This document shows, piece by piece, positions 28,541 through 42,849 of a DNA stretch of 64,000 nucleotides. Numbering within the stretch: position 1 is the first letter of the stretch; each line of letters begins with the position of its first letter. The notes under the pieces were generated by a model that was not told the DNA's origin, ran no database searches, and was given only the letters and a program-made list of their open reading frames with translations. The position numbers were made by a program, and so were the translations under genes. This stretch comes from the human T2T-CHM13v2.0 reference genome, Homo sapiens: NCBI RefSeq assembly GCF_009914755.1, contig NC_060947.1, one strand, 5' to 3'.

Positions 28541-29710
28541 GTACGATGTGAGTTTTTGTTATATTTTAAAAATTTTAAAAATCATACAACAATCTTAGAA
28601 GACTTACTTTCATTTTACCGATGCCAAAACGGAGGTGGAGAGGTTAAGGGCCTTGGCCAAGGCCACAGAGCTACCGAGCAGCAGAGTCAAATCTAGAACA
28701 CAGCTTTGACATACTCCAAAGTCCTAGCTTGTAACTGCAATGCTTAACTGCCTCCCTGGACATTCAGGTGGAGACTTTGCTTTCTAGGAGAGCTGGGAGG
28801 CAGGGTGAGGCAGGTGGGCAATGTGAGTCAAGGTGGGTGGTCAGCAGTTGGAGTCTGAGAGGTTGGGAGAAGTACTGCTTGAGGACACACCTGGGACTAG
28901 TGGCTGCATGCCCTTGGCCCGGCTCCTTGGTTGGGGAGAGCAGCCTGGCTTCCCAGGCCCATTTCAGGGACAGGTCAAGTCCCTTAGGTGCATGAAGGTG
29001 CTGATTTCAGCCAGAGAGCTAAGCCTTCTTGGGACTTTTTCCTTCCTTCCCTATTTTCCAGGTGACCTCAGTGAAGTTAATAACCCTTTTGCACCTCAGT
29101 TTCCTCATCTGTCAATTGAGGATAATACTTTACCTGTCTGCTTCCTGGGTATTTTGAGACATTGAGTAGATTGTGGATGTGAAATCATTTGAAAAGCATA
29201 AAGCAGTACCTAAATTTAAGATACTAGAGTGATCTCAGACCACATTACTGTGAGGGTCCAGTGTAGATCTCTCAGGCCTCTCCATAGCTACCTTGTGCTG
29301 ATAATGCCCAGTGTCCAATTTCATGACCTTTTCCAGCTGGGGTCTACAGTGATACTTGGACTCTTACCTCCTTTTCTCAGTTTTTACATTTCCCTTGGTG
29401 AGTGTAAAGTAATAGTTGAGCAGCATGTGGGTCCCTGGGAAATTATTTTCCGTGTGGATTTTTATTTTTAAGAGCCAGAGCCAACGTCTGTGTCCAGCCT
29501 CCACAGTTGTCCCAGCTCCCATTCTGGGAGCTCTGCCATCTTCTTGGTTTCAGCCCTTGGCATAAGACAGACCTGGGCTCCTGTGGCTGGGGAGCCTGTA
29601 ACTGCCTCCTCTCATTAGCAGACAGTCTTGGTTATGTGCTTGCCCTGTGGGGAACAGGGAGGCAGCTGACCCTTTCCCCTGGGTGCCTTTGTCTGTCCTG
29701 GCATACTTTG

Positions 29711-29712
<2 letters not shown>

Positions 29713-29744
<32 letters not shown>

Positions 29745-29756
29745 ACGTGTGTGTGT
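29713..29756. repeat. (GT)15-acac-(GT)5 microsatellite
   Basis: Read directly from the sequence. Confidence 0.95.
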
Positions 29757-30609
29757 ATGTTAGAGATTCTGTAAGCCCAAGAGGCTAGGCCTCTTGTCAG
29801 CTGCCAAAGTTCTTTTTTCCCCAGAATTGAGTTAGCCACCCAACTGTTTCCATTCTCTGCCCGCTGCGAAGCTCTACAGCAGGGCTGCTGTGGCAGGTCA
29901 AAACATGCTCTGCTTTGAGAATACAGAGATTCCATTTTGAGAGAGATGGGAAACAGGAGCGAGTGAGTGGGTGTGTTGGATGTAGGGAAAGTGAGGACAT
30001 TCTTTTTGGTAAGCTGTGCCAAAATTGGCCCAGAAGCTTGGTCTAAACTCAAAAGTAGGGCTAATGCTGGGCTGACACCCAAATATCCAATGGGGAAAGT
30101 TTATTCTTGGATCTAGACCCTATGAGACCTAGCAATCATTTTTTTTTCTCATCTGGAATATGGGGATAATTCTACTCCATATATTCTTCATGTCAAATGA
30201 GAAATAAACTTGTAAATAGTCTACCGTCTAGTCTCCAGGAGCAGGAAGTGACATAAGGTTGTGATTCTTAAAGTATTTTGCAGAATACAAACTGTTACTA
30301 AAAAAAGAATCACTTGCTAAATAAGTTTGGGGAACACTGGATAAACAATGGCATGTTTTTTGTCTGTAGGGGCCACTCAGGTCCTTCATATTCCAATAAT
30401 ACACATGGGAAACCACCAAGGGGATATATTATATACTACATCTCCTAAATTTTTAACCAAACTTTCTTAGTGGAGCATTTACAAGTACCTTCTCTACAAA
30501 AGACATCTAGGAAGATCCTGATCTAGATCAGAAGAATATTCATTTTGTTCTTTTTTTTTTCCTGCAATTGTAAAGAGAAGTGAATTGGTGAAATGCATGG
30601 GATTGCTGA

Positions 30610-31002
<393 letters not shown>

Positions 31003-33499
31003 TGACTATGGTGCTGCTGACTGTCTGTCACAGGGCCTGGGCTTTGGGTTCTTGATGGTGGCATTGTGTTTGCATGGAGCCCCCCACACTGTCACCTTCT
31101 TGTACTTGTGCCTTCCCCCTGCCTCAATGTGCAGTGTGGGATAGAAGGAGAGAGTAAAGCACTCGGTCCCCTCAAGAACAAAAGAAGATATTGTAAGGGG
31201 CAAGAAGTCCGGGGACCAGGGCAATTATGGGATTGAGGGGAGAGGCAGGTGAAAGAGTGGTGGTCACCCATGTAAAATAAACCACTGAAAACCTTCATTT
31301 GGTGAAGAGGGAGAGACCACCAACCTGGTAGAGGCAGCCTGGAAAGGAAGCTGATCTATTTGTAACCTCTCAGTGACCCTTAGATTATCCCTTCCCTCTA
31401 TTGTGTAACAGACAAAAGGAAAGGGGTGCCTATCCATCTAGGCTTGTTGTGAGAGCCACTCCTTCTCAGTGTTCTTTACTTTCTGAAAGGCCCTGTGACT
31501 GGAAGTCATCCTCTTTTAGTTTTAGCCCCAGCCTCTCTATCTCAGTTGCTGAGACTTTTCTGCTCCTACCTCACTCCAGGCAGCAAGGGTTTCATTTCTA
31601 CCATACTGAAAGTGGCATGAGGCCACATGGGCCCTTGAGCTCACTGGAAGATAGTCTGGGAGTTCTGCTGGGCACTGCTGCTTCTTGGCTTATGCGTGGA
31701 TGCTCTAAATCAGGCATTCCGGCAGATCTTAAGATCTGGTGTGAGATAGCCCCAAGGACTGGTCAACCCAGGAACATATTACAGGATGGAGTCTACTTAT
31801 AGTCCAGAGATTTGCCTCCTATGCCTTGATTTCTATCAGTTCTCCATACTTGCCTAAATATTCTTTGAGACTGCTTTTACCCTGTGCGGCCACTTGGGGT
31901 CTCACGATGTCCCAAAACACTTCCTTTTAATTTGCTGTAAAAGCACTATTTTCCTCACGAGGCTTTAAGGAAAGTCTGAAGTTCCAATATCCAGGAGACT
32001 TGTGCCATTTCTCAGGTCTGTCCCCTGTGGCACAGGAAACAGCCTCTTAATATTAAGTCTCAGAAATACACACATTCTGAATAGAACCAGGCAGATAGGT
32101 GTTCCTGGGCCTCAGAACCCTGCTACTCATCGTTCCTGGCTTCTGAGGTGTGTGATGGAAGTCCTAGCCAAATCTGCATGGCTGTTATTTAAACATATTT
32201 GTACTCTAAGGTCACCATAAAAATCTGTCAGGTAGCTGGGTTAGACTGGTCTGACATGGAAAATACCAAGTAGCCATCTTTCCTCCCTCCAAAAGAATAA
32301 TCCAGGAAGCCACATCCTCAAGACTTGGCTAACTCTAAGATAATTGTATCTCCTTAGAGCAGATCCTCCCGATAGCCCAGTTCCCTAAGTGGCGAGGTGA
32401 GAGATAGTAGGGCTGTAATGAGAGACAGTATGCTCTGTTATTGCTAATAACCAATAGATACCCTGGTGCAGTGAGGGTTTAGCTTGCAGCACCAGTGGAG
32501 TGATCTCACCAAACTGACTTTTTACTCCAGGACCTCAATGAGAGCATCTACCACCCCGCAGAAGTTGATGGGCCCCAGTACCTTCTATCTGGCCAACTTT
32601 GAGCTATTTTGAGGGCTCATCTCCCATCTCCCTTTCCAGCTCTTTACTGCCATCTGCTGTTCACTTGGGGGGAATTATGAGCATTGAGAGAAACATCTGG
32701 ATTTCTTCACCTTTGATCCCAAGCCTTGGACCTAGGCCTTGCAGAGGGAGAATGGATCTGAAGCAAGCTGTCAGAAGATTAGTTTTCTGTAAACCAAGAA
32801 AGCCGAGAGTCTGGGGCTTCTGTTCCCTAGAAGTCGCTTGTAATTTTGTAGAAATAAATGGCTTAGCAATTTTTACCCAGTACAAGACAGCTCTCCTATA
32901 GGTATCTCCCATGCCCAGGAACCCTGTTTTCCTGAAAGGCAAGGTCCTGCTTGAGCATATAGTGCCTCTTCCTATGGTTTGGGGTGGGTGGGTAGGTGGC
33001 GCCTTGTGGGAAACCCACTCATCCCTTATTGTTGCAGACCTTATGCACTGTCACAGTACATGGGACCTCTCTCATCCACACTGCTCTTTTCTTCCTCTGG
33101 CCTGTCCCTTCATTTCCCTGTTTCCTTTCCTTCAAACTTGTTGCCTGTGGCCCTCTGGAACTCTATTTCTTTTTTTTTCTGTGTTACAGTATTTTTAAAT
33201 TTAATTTTTATTAGATACTGACAAATTATGCTTTTATATATGTGTAGGGTACAAGGTGATGCTACGCTATATGTATACAATGCAGAATGATTGAATCAAG
33301 CTAATTAACAAACTATATTTCTTACAAACCACTCCCAACCCCACCGGCAGCTCTGCATGGGGCACAGAGCCTTCCTGTCTCTTGCCTACAGCTTCCTCTA
33401 ATGGAGGCTGCTCTTTCTGCCCTGCCCCATATGCTGCAGAGCCCCCTCTGTCTCTTCTAGAGCACTATCTCATCTGTACGTTAGGGGAAAAAGGCTTTC

Positions 33500-35800
33500 T
33501 CTTTTACTATTCTCTCTCTTTTTTTTTCATCACCACCATCACTTGACCTCTTGGTCCCTTCCCCTATATTCCTAGAAGTCACTGGCCTGTAGCTCTCAAT
33601 ATTTCCATTATAATTTGAGCCAACATCCTGAGAGACTTCTTGTAAGGACCACCCATCCACCCCAGCTTCTCAAGGTTTGGGCTTCTTAATTGCAGTGACC
33701 TCAGCATTCCCTTCTTTTCAGCCACCAGGACCTTGTTTTCCCGTAAAGCTCCTCTATGTGAGAACGTAACTCCTGTTATGTTCTTTCTTTGACCCAAATC
33801 TCCACTCCTTTCCTCTTCTTCCTATTCAGCTTGTATCTCCATGACCTATCATTGAAACTTTCACTAGCTCCTGAAAGTGTCTCACCTCCCTTGTCCCTTC
33901 CAACTGGGATCAGTGTCCCATGCCTTTTCAGTGTGCCCAGTCTTGGCCTACTGGAGGAGCTCTTTCAAGCCATTCTGATTAGGGCCATGAAAATTTCATG
34001 ATGTCTATTATAATTGTGCTCTCAACACCATTGCTCAATTTATTTTCTGTCTATGGCCAGCTCCTCCACACATTGCCCTCACAAGTCCTGTGCTAAATCT
34101 TTACCACCCTCCTCAAATTTCCTGTCTACTCTGTTCAAACCTTCTGTTCTCTCCACCCTCAATAGATCCCCCCTCTCCCCACAAATGACTGAGAAAATTG
34201 AGGTTTTGGGATGGAAATTTCCTCAACACTTCTCTCTACCTCTACAAGCTTCTTTACCCACATCCATCCCTATCTTCCTCCTTCTCATCCTGGAAGAAAT
34301 GGTGTTCATTCTGTTCTGGCCAATAATATCCCTGTGCGATTAGCTCCCACCCCTGCTACCACCTCTGGAGCCTCATTCTATCAATTAATCACTTATGTAC
34401 CTGGATATTCTTTTTCTTTCTTTTTTTTTCTTTTTTTAGACAGGGTCTCACTGTATCACCCAGGCTGGAGTACAGTGGTGCAATCACGACTCATTGCAGC
34501 CTCAACCTCCTGGCTTACATGGTCCTCCCACCTCAGCCTCCTAAGTAGCTGGGACTACAGGCACATACTACCACACCCGGCTCATTTTTTTTTTTTTTTT
34601 TTTTTTTTGTATTGTGTAGAGACAGGGTTTTGCCATGTTGCTCAGGCTGGTCTTGAACTCTTGGGCTCAAGTGATCTTCCCACTTCAGCCTCCCAAAGTG
34701 TTGGGATTACAGGCATGAGCCACTGTACCTGGCCATTAGCTGAATTTTCAACCCTCTCTTCACTGCTGGCTTTTCAGCCAATACAGATGTTCAAATCTTT
34801 CCCATTCTAAGAAACTTTCTCGCAATCCCATACAACTCTGTCTTCCCTCTTCCCTTCACACCTAAGCATCCTAAAAGAATAATCTAAACAACATTTTCTA
34901 AAATTTAGTTCTTTGGGCAAGACAATTTTTGTCTTATCCACGTAACCATGTGTGTTATTATGTATGTAATACATGTCCTTAAATCTATTGAGTTTTTTTT
35001 TTTTAACTAAAATATATACGCTTTCAAGAGAAGCCCCATAATATCCATGAGATTGTGGCTTTGATTTACTGGTTATCTATTTTAACACAGTTTATATACA
35101 AAACTATTAAAAATGAAATGTTTATCTGTTTGCCACCTGAAATCACCTCATACATGGTGCATAACTTTGGGAGACACTGGGGTCTGCCCTTGAGTTTTCT
35201 TCTCAATTACCCTTTATTCCTCAGACCATTTACTCTGATATCTAACCCTCTACCAGACTTTTCACAGAAATGGTGCTTCTAAAGATCACCAGCAACGTCT
35301 GTCTGACCAAATCTAATGACCATCTCTCAGTCTTTATCCTACGGAATGCTGTTGCATTGGATGGTATTGATCACTCCGTTTTGGATTGCTCTGCTTCGGG
35401 GCTTCCAAAGTTCCTCCCTTTCCTGGCTTTCCTACCTCACCAATCATGTCTTCTCAAGTCTCCTTCACAGGTTATTTTTTCTCACTCCTCTGAGATGTTG
35501 AGTTCTGTTCTAGGCTCACATCTCATTCTAATTGTCTGGTATGGTTTTGCCTGCTTTCACGGTTTAACTACTAGTCTGTCTAGTTATGGCTGCTACATCA
35601 CTGTCTACAGCTCAGACTTACGAGAGTCACATTCATATAGTTTACTCAACTTCTCTACCTAAATGTCTCAAGCATATGTCAAACCCAACCTGTCTGTGTC
35701 AAACTCATTATCTTCCCTGTCAGCCCTCCTGCTCTTCTTGTGGTTCGTGCCAAGTAGCAGCATCCAATCACCCCAGCTAAAAACTGGGAATCATCCCTGC
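33500..35800 (+). mobile_element. Long L2 LINE remnant, interrupted by an Alu and a probable hAT fragment
   Basis: VLLKITSNVCLTKSNDHLSVFILRNAVALDGIDHSVL at 35270 resembles the L2 RT region; C/T-rich L2 composition. Confidence 0.7.
34411..34734 (-). mobile_element. AluJ-type SINE
   Basis: Minus-strand dimer with a long T linker. Confidence 0.92.
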
Positions 35801-37337
35801 CTCCTGTATGCAATGCATCCGTTCATCTCACATATATTAACATATGCCTTCTTCCTGCCAGGATCCAGACTGACCACTGGGGTGCCCTGATAAGCAAAAA
35901 TCAGACACCACCCTGTCCTTCATAACATTTATAAGCTAGTGGGGGTGGAGTGGGGAGATGGATATGAATCAAATATCACATGAATTTATAGTTATGACTG
36001 AGATAAGTACTCTGAAAGAAAGGAACATGCTCTTATGAGAACTTAGAACAAAACAAGCTGACTGAGTTTGGGGGTTTGGAGGAGAGTTCCCTGAGGAAAT
36101 GACATTTAAATAGAAATCCAAAGGGTGAGTTGGAGCTTATTAGGCAAGTACAGGATTAGGGGAGGTGACTTCTTGTAGATGGGCAAAATGGCATGTACAA
36201 CAGCACTGTGGCAATGGGGAGCACAAGGGGAGTGGATGACACTGGGCCTGAGGGGCAGGCTGGCGTCATATATGAAGGCTTTGTCACCCATGGTCAGGGG
36301 TTTGGCCTTGATTGCCAAAGCTATGGGAAGCCTGTGAAAATGTGAAGAAGGGATATAACATCAGCTTGCTTCACCAATTGATTCTTCTCTGATTTAACTT
36401 ATTTGCACATTTTACACATTTTAATTCAAAAATCTAAAATATAAAAAGCCATACTGTGAAAAATATATTTCCCGTCCCTTCCCTCCATCCATATAGTTCC
36501 CTGCTACAACTCCACGAGTAACTACTATTTTTGGTTTTTGTATATCCTCCCAGAGTTTGTTTTTTTGCATATACAAGTAAATTTTAAAAATATTTTCCCC
36601 CTTCTTCAGACATTCATCCTAAAATAGCAAATACACAACCATCCTGTTGTTACTGTTTTGCTTAGCAATATTTCTTGGAGAGCTTTCCATGTGAGCCCAC
36701 AAGAAGCTCCCCCTTTCTTTCTTTTTTTTTTATAGTGGCATAATATTACATTGTGTGGATGATAGAATACAGTATAATAAAAATGGCAGAGCTTTGACAT
36801 AAGACAACTATATGCCAGATATTGTCACACACTTTTCCCATGCATTAACTCATTTAATCCTATAACAACTCTGTTAGGAAGGTGTTATTATTATCTCCCT
36901 TTTATGGAAGAGGAAACTGGTACTCAAATAGCAAGTGACAGTCCCCGGATTTGAAGCCAGTAGTATGGTTCCACGGTTCTTGCTTTTAATCATAACACAA
37001 AGTTACAACACTATATCATAATTTATTTTTTTCAGTCTGCTATTGATGGACATTTAGGTTGTTTCAAATCTTTTGATAATGTAAATAACACTGCACTGAA
37101 GGAACTGGTACCTTTGCCATTTTGCGTGTGTGCAAGAATATCTATAGGATATATTCCCAGAAGTGGTAATGCTGAATCACAGTATATGCATTTGTATTTT
37201 TGTTGGATATTTCCAAATCCATGAAAGTTGTACCAGTTTAAATGTTTACTAGCAATGTATGAGAGTGTCTGTTTCTACACAACCTCACCAAATTGGATTT
37301 TTGCCCATCTGATGGGTTAAAAAAAAAAGGTATATCA

Positions 37338-37802
<465 letters not shown>

Positions 37803-37929
37803 CTAAGAGCTTGTTACATATAAATATTAACAGTTTACCCTTTATGATATGAGCTACAGATATTGTCCTCAGTTGTGTTTTCTTTTGACTTTGCTAATGT
37901 TTTATTCTTGCCATGCAGGATTTTAAAAT

Positions 37930-38262
<333 letters not shown>

Positions 38263-39457
38263 GAATTTTTACCTTTCTATGTAATTTATCTTTTATGGCA
38301 TCTGAATTTAGAGTCATGGTTAGAAAGCCCTTTACTACTCCAAGGTTATAAAAAATATATATCCCATATTTTCTTCTGGTATGTTTATAGTTCCTTTTAT
38401 TATTATTTTTTACATTTAAGTCTTTTATTCACTTGGAATATATCCTGATATACAGTGCAAGATAAAGATCCAACTTTATTTCCAGCTGGCTTCCCATTTG
38501 TCCCCACACTGTTTATTAAATAGTCCAACATGATCCAATCTGCTTGTGGAGAAGATCATATTGGCTGCTGTGTGGAGAAATCACTGGGTCCTCCTGCTCT
38601 TACCTCCTAAATATCTCTCAGACTCATCCTCTCCTTACCATCTCTAGGACCAGTACCTTGGGCCAAGCCTTGCACATCTCTTCCCTCAATGATGATAATT
38701 GGCTCTGTGTGATCTCTCTCCAGCCAGCCTCCTTTGCTCCCCCTAAGCCCATTCCTGGAGCTACTTCTATAGCTCAAATAGGATCATAGCTCTTTGTCAT
38801 TTGGAAGCTTTCAGTGGCCCCCCATCTTCCCCAGTGCACAAGACCGTATGACCTGATACCCAACCCCTTCTCCAACCTCATGTCTTTACACTCCCTTCTT
38901 TATACTGTACACTGTGGTGATACCCAAATCCTTGGGGTTCCCTGAGTATTTTATCCAATTTTCATGCCTCTGTGCCTTTGAAAATGCTGTGATTTCTGCC
39001 AGGAATGCTCTTCTCCAGCTGTGGGCCTAGAAACATTCATTTGTCAAAACTCATGTCAGTAGTTACTTTCTCCAAGAAGCCCTCTGTAACTATTCTACCC
39101 CAGCTCCCGCCAGCTGCCTCTGTTCCTCCCATTTTTGTCATCCTCACAGTATAGTCTTTACATGCTGGTCTCCCTGAGGACAGGAATTTTTCATTTCTTC
39201 TTGGTATGTAGGTGATGAATGAATGAATGAATGACCTTCTATTCAGGGATGTATTCCTGTACTGCAAATTGCACATAATTTATTATACATCTTACAAGCT
39301 AATGTTTACTAGGCACTGGGTTTGTTACATGTGTGATCTTGATCTCATTTAATTCCCACAGTGTCCACTAGACTTATGGGAGTACATCACGTGAGGCCCA
39401 TGACCTTGAATGAGAAAAATAATCACATCTTTATGTCCATTAACTGCAACTGAAATA

Positions 39458-39980
39458 CAGTCATCTCTCGGTATCCATGGGGAATTGGTTCTAGGACTTC
39501 CCCCACCACAAATACCAAAATCCAAGGATGCTCAAGTCCCTAATGTAAATGACGTAGTATTTGCATCTAACCTACACACATCCTCCTGTATACTTTAAAG
39601 GAAGCTTGTCTAACCTGTGGCCTAGGATGGATTTGAATGTGGCCCAACACAAATTTGTAAACTTTCTTAAAACATTATATTTGAAAAAAATTTTTTTTCA
39701 GCTCATCAGCTATCAGTAGTGTATTTTATGCGTGGCCCAAGACAATTCTCCTTCCCATGTGGCCCAGGGAAGCCAAAAAATTGGACATCCCTGCTTTAAA
39801 TCATCTCTAGATTACTCATAATACCTAATACAATGTAAATGCTATATACATAGTTGTTATACTGTTTTTTATTTGTATTTTTTTTTACTATTGTTATTTT
39901 CATTTTTAAAAAATATTTTTGATCTGTGGTTGGTCAAATCCACAGATGCGGAACTTGCAGATATGGAGGGCCGACTTTGT
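39458..39980. mobile_element. MER2 (Tigger-type MITE) interrupted by MER30
   Basis: TA + cagtcatctctcggtatccatgggg start and gatatggagggccgact end. Confidence 0.8.
39601..39793. mobile_element. MER30 hAT MITE
   Basis: gaatgtggcccaacacaaatttgtaaactttcttaaaaca...ttggacatccctg; flanked by a duplicated ctttaaa. Confidence 0.85.
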
Positions 39981-40328
39981 GGTATATCCTTTAGTAAGGA
40001 ATGTAGATAACAAACCACAGTTACATTAGCAGCACTTGGCATGCTGTTGTTAATGTAAATTACACTTATTTTCCTCTTATGTTAGAGTTGTTGCAGATAT
40101 CTCAAAAAATCATTGGCATTCATCATTACCTCAAAATTTAAAAACAGATGTGCCTTTTAAAAGCATTTTGATAACTATAGTTCAACATGATTATTTTCTT
40201 TTATAATCCTATATATTCTATTTCGTATACTTAAATACTTTATTCTGAGAGAGAGCCTTTACACTTCCCCAGACTGCCCAAGGAGTGCATAGTACCACCA
40301 AGGTTAGGAGTCCCTTTACTAGAGTTTA

Positions 40329-40628
40329 TTTTATTTTTATTTTTTTGAGACAGATACTCACTGTGTCACCCTGGCTGGAGTGCAGTGACCTGATCTTGGC
40401 TCACTGCAACCTCTGCTTCTCGGGTTCAATCAATTCTCGCACCTCAGCCTCCAGAATAGCTAGAAGTACAGTCACATGCTGCCACGCCCGGCTAGTTTTT
40501 GCATTTTTTGTAGAGATAGGGTTTCACCATGTTGGCCAGGGTGGTCTGGAACTCCTGGCCTCAAGTGATCCGCCTGCCTCTGCCTCCCAAAGTGCTGGGA
40601 TTATAGGCATGAGCCACTGTGCCTGGCC
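40329..40628 (-). mobile_element. AluS SINE
   Basis: Flanking repeat actagagttta at 40318-40328 and 40632-40642. Confidence 0.93.
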
Positions 40629-40699
40629 TGCACTAGAGTTTAAACTGGTGTTTGAAACCAGGTGGGCAGAGATGCCTCTATGCTGCCTGTCCATGGAGT

Positions 40700-40920
40700 C
40701 GCTGGATTCAGACAGACTGTAGGTACAAATCCTAGTTATCCCACTTGCTAGTTAGTTCTGGCATTTGGTCGAGTACCTTGACCTCTCTGTGTCTGTTTTC
40801 TCACTTGCAAAATGAGGGTAGTAATAGTACCTACCTCATAGGGTGTTATGAGGATTCACTGAGCTGATACATGAAGAGTATACAGAACAATGACTGGCAC
40901 ATAGTAAATACTATGTATTG
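40700..40920 (+). mobile_element. MIR SINE
   Basis: aaaatgagggtagtaatagtacctacctcatagggtgttatgaggatt. Confidence 0.8.
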
Positions 40921-41808
40921 GGTTTGTATAATTATTAATTACCCACTGTTCTGCCTTGTGTTAATTATTCATCTTTCTTCCAACTAGACTGCCGTCTCTA
41001 GAGGTCAGGATTGTGCCTTGCTGTGTTCTAAAGCCGCAGAACCTTGCATGAACTGAGAGCATGCTTGTCAGTGGATGTAACATTACTGGTCCTCCCTCCT
41101 TTGAGACACTTGTTTCTCCTTTGAGCTCCAGGGTACCTCTTTCTCCTGGTTCTCCTACTTCTCTGGTTCTTTCTCCTTGGGCTCTTTTGCTCTGCCTGCC
41201 CCATAGATCCTGGTGTTCTTCATCAATAGAGATAACACAGGCTTGAGAAGCAGTACAGGTACTTCAAAAATAACAATTAGACTCCTCATTTCTGTACCCC
41301 TTCTCTCATCCTGCTTGTCTTCCTCCTCTGTTTCCTGTCTTGGTTAGTGGCTCTACTCTCCATCCACTACCAAAGCAAAAAATGTAGGCAACATCCTAGA
41401 TCTCTTCCTCTGCGTCTTCCCATTTACCAATCAGTTCAGAAGTTCTGACAGTTTAAATTCTCAAAATTGTTTGCAAATTTGGCCCTTCCTCCTCATCCTC
41501 ACCACCCCTGTCCGACTGTGGGCTCTCAGCCTCTGTTACCAGGACTACTTTGCTTCCTCTCTCCTCTCCCTGCCCCCTGATTTCCCCTACCTCCTACCCA
41601 GGCTATCCTCTATACAGTCTCCAGAGTGACCATTTTAAGGAAAGAGGAAATCTGATCTGATTTTGCTCAGCTGCTTAAAAATCCCATCCAGGATGAAGAC
41701 CAAACTTCTTTGCATAGCATTCAAGACCATTCACAGTCTGATTCTTGTCCATCTCTTTGGCCTCATTTCTCATTGCTTAGACTCCGATTCTATCACTTTA
41801 CCTTCTGG

Positions 41809-41978
41809 TTTTTATTTGTTTTGTTTTTTTAGAGATGGGGTCTTACTATGTTGTCCAGGCTGGAGGGCAGTAATGCAATCATAGCTCACTGCAGCCTGGA
41901 TCTCCTGGGCTCAAGTGATCCTCCTGCCTCTGCTTCCCAAGCAGCTGAGACTGCAGGTACATACCACTGTGCCCAGCT
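41809..41978 (-). mobile_element. Alu right monomer (FRAM/AluJ fragment)
   Basis: Only right-arm sequence is present. Confidence 0.85.
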
Positions 41979-42252
41979 CATTACTTTACTTTCTGAATAA
42001 ACTTATCTGCTGACAGGTTTGCCCAGCCTTCCTTGCTTTGTGTCCAGGCTCATACTATCTATTCTACTTGAAACCTGGCAAACTTCGTGTGTTCCTTTGC
42101 AAGTTAGCTCAAGGGTACTACCTCCTCTCTGGAGGTGTCTCTGACTTTCCTAGGCAGCCAAGGGCATGTATTCCTTAATGTGCCTTTCTCCTTGTACTTT
42201 TATTATACTTTATTATAATATGCAGTAACCACCATTTCTAGTTGTCTGTATT

Positions 42253-42271
42253 TTGCCACTAGGTGGCAGTA
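42253..42271 (+). promoter_or_regulatory. CTCF binding motif
   Basis: ttGCCACTAGGTGGCAGTA matches CCAC-Y-AG-R-K-GGC-R. Confidence 0.65.
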
Positions 42272-42489
42272 GTCACATCTTTTCGGGAGATTAAGATAAT
42301 TAATATTGGATATTGATTTATTTTATTTATTAAAGATGTTGATTAATAATTGTTGTAATTGAGGTGCTATGGGAATAAGGATGCGGGTAAAATCCGTGAG
42401 GCCCCTGAATTTTGGCCTGAGTGACTGGGTGGGATAGAGTATCATTAACTGAGAAGAGGGCGCAGAAGGAAGGAGCATGTTTTAGAGAG

Positions 42490-42849
42490 TGTCTTAGTCT
42501 TTTTGGCCTGCTACAACAAAAATGCTATCAACTGAGTAGCTTATAAACAATATAAATGTATTTCTCGCAGTTCTGGAGGCTGGGAAGTCCAGATCAAGGT
42601 ACCAGAAGATTCAGTGTCTGGTAAGGGCCTGTTCCTCCTAGATGGGGTCTTCTCACTGTGTTCTCACACGTGGAAGGGGCAAGCAGGCTTCCTTGGGCAT
42701 CTTTTATAAGGGCACTAATCTCATTCATGAGGGATCCACCCTCATGACCTAATCAGCTCCTAAAGGCTCCACCGCTTAATACCATCACATTGACCATTAG
42801 GTTTCAACATGAATCTGAGGAGAGGAACATAAACATTCAGACCATAGCA
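42490..42849 (-). mobile_element. MLT1A/MST-family solo LTR
   Basis: tgtcttagtc...aaacattcagaccatagca; flanks gagag/gcgag fit a degenerate 5-bp TSD. Confidence 0.85.

Larger units (their letters stand above)
39358..40315. mobile_element. hAT-Charlie (Charlie4-like) element hosting MER2 and MER30
   Basis: Outer segments (atcacatcttta..., tattctgaga...ccccagactgcc) are similar to the element at 46066-46505. Confidence 0.55.

Noticed and set aside
34211-34810. 199-aa ORF and similar ORFs at 3880, 13123, 19806, 37335 and 40285
   Set aside because: They are read-throughs of Alu sequence with typical Alu-derived peptides.
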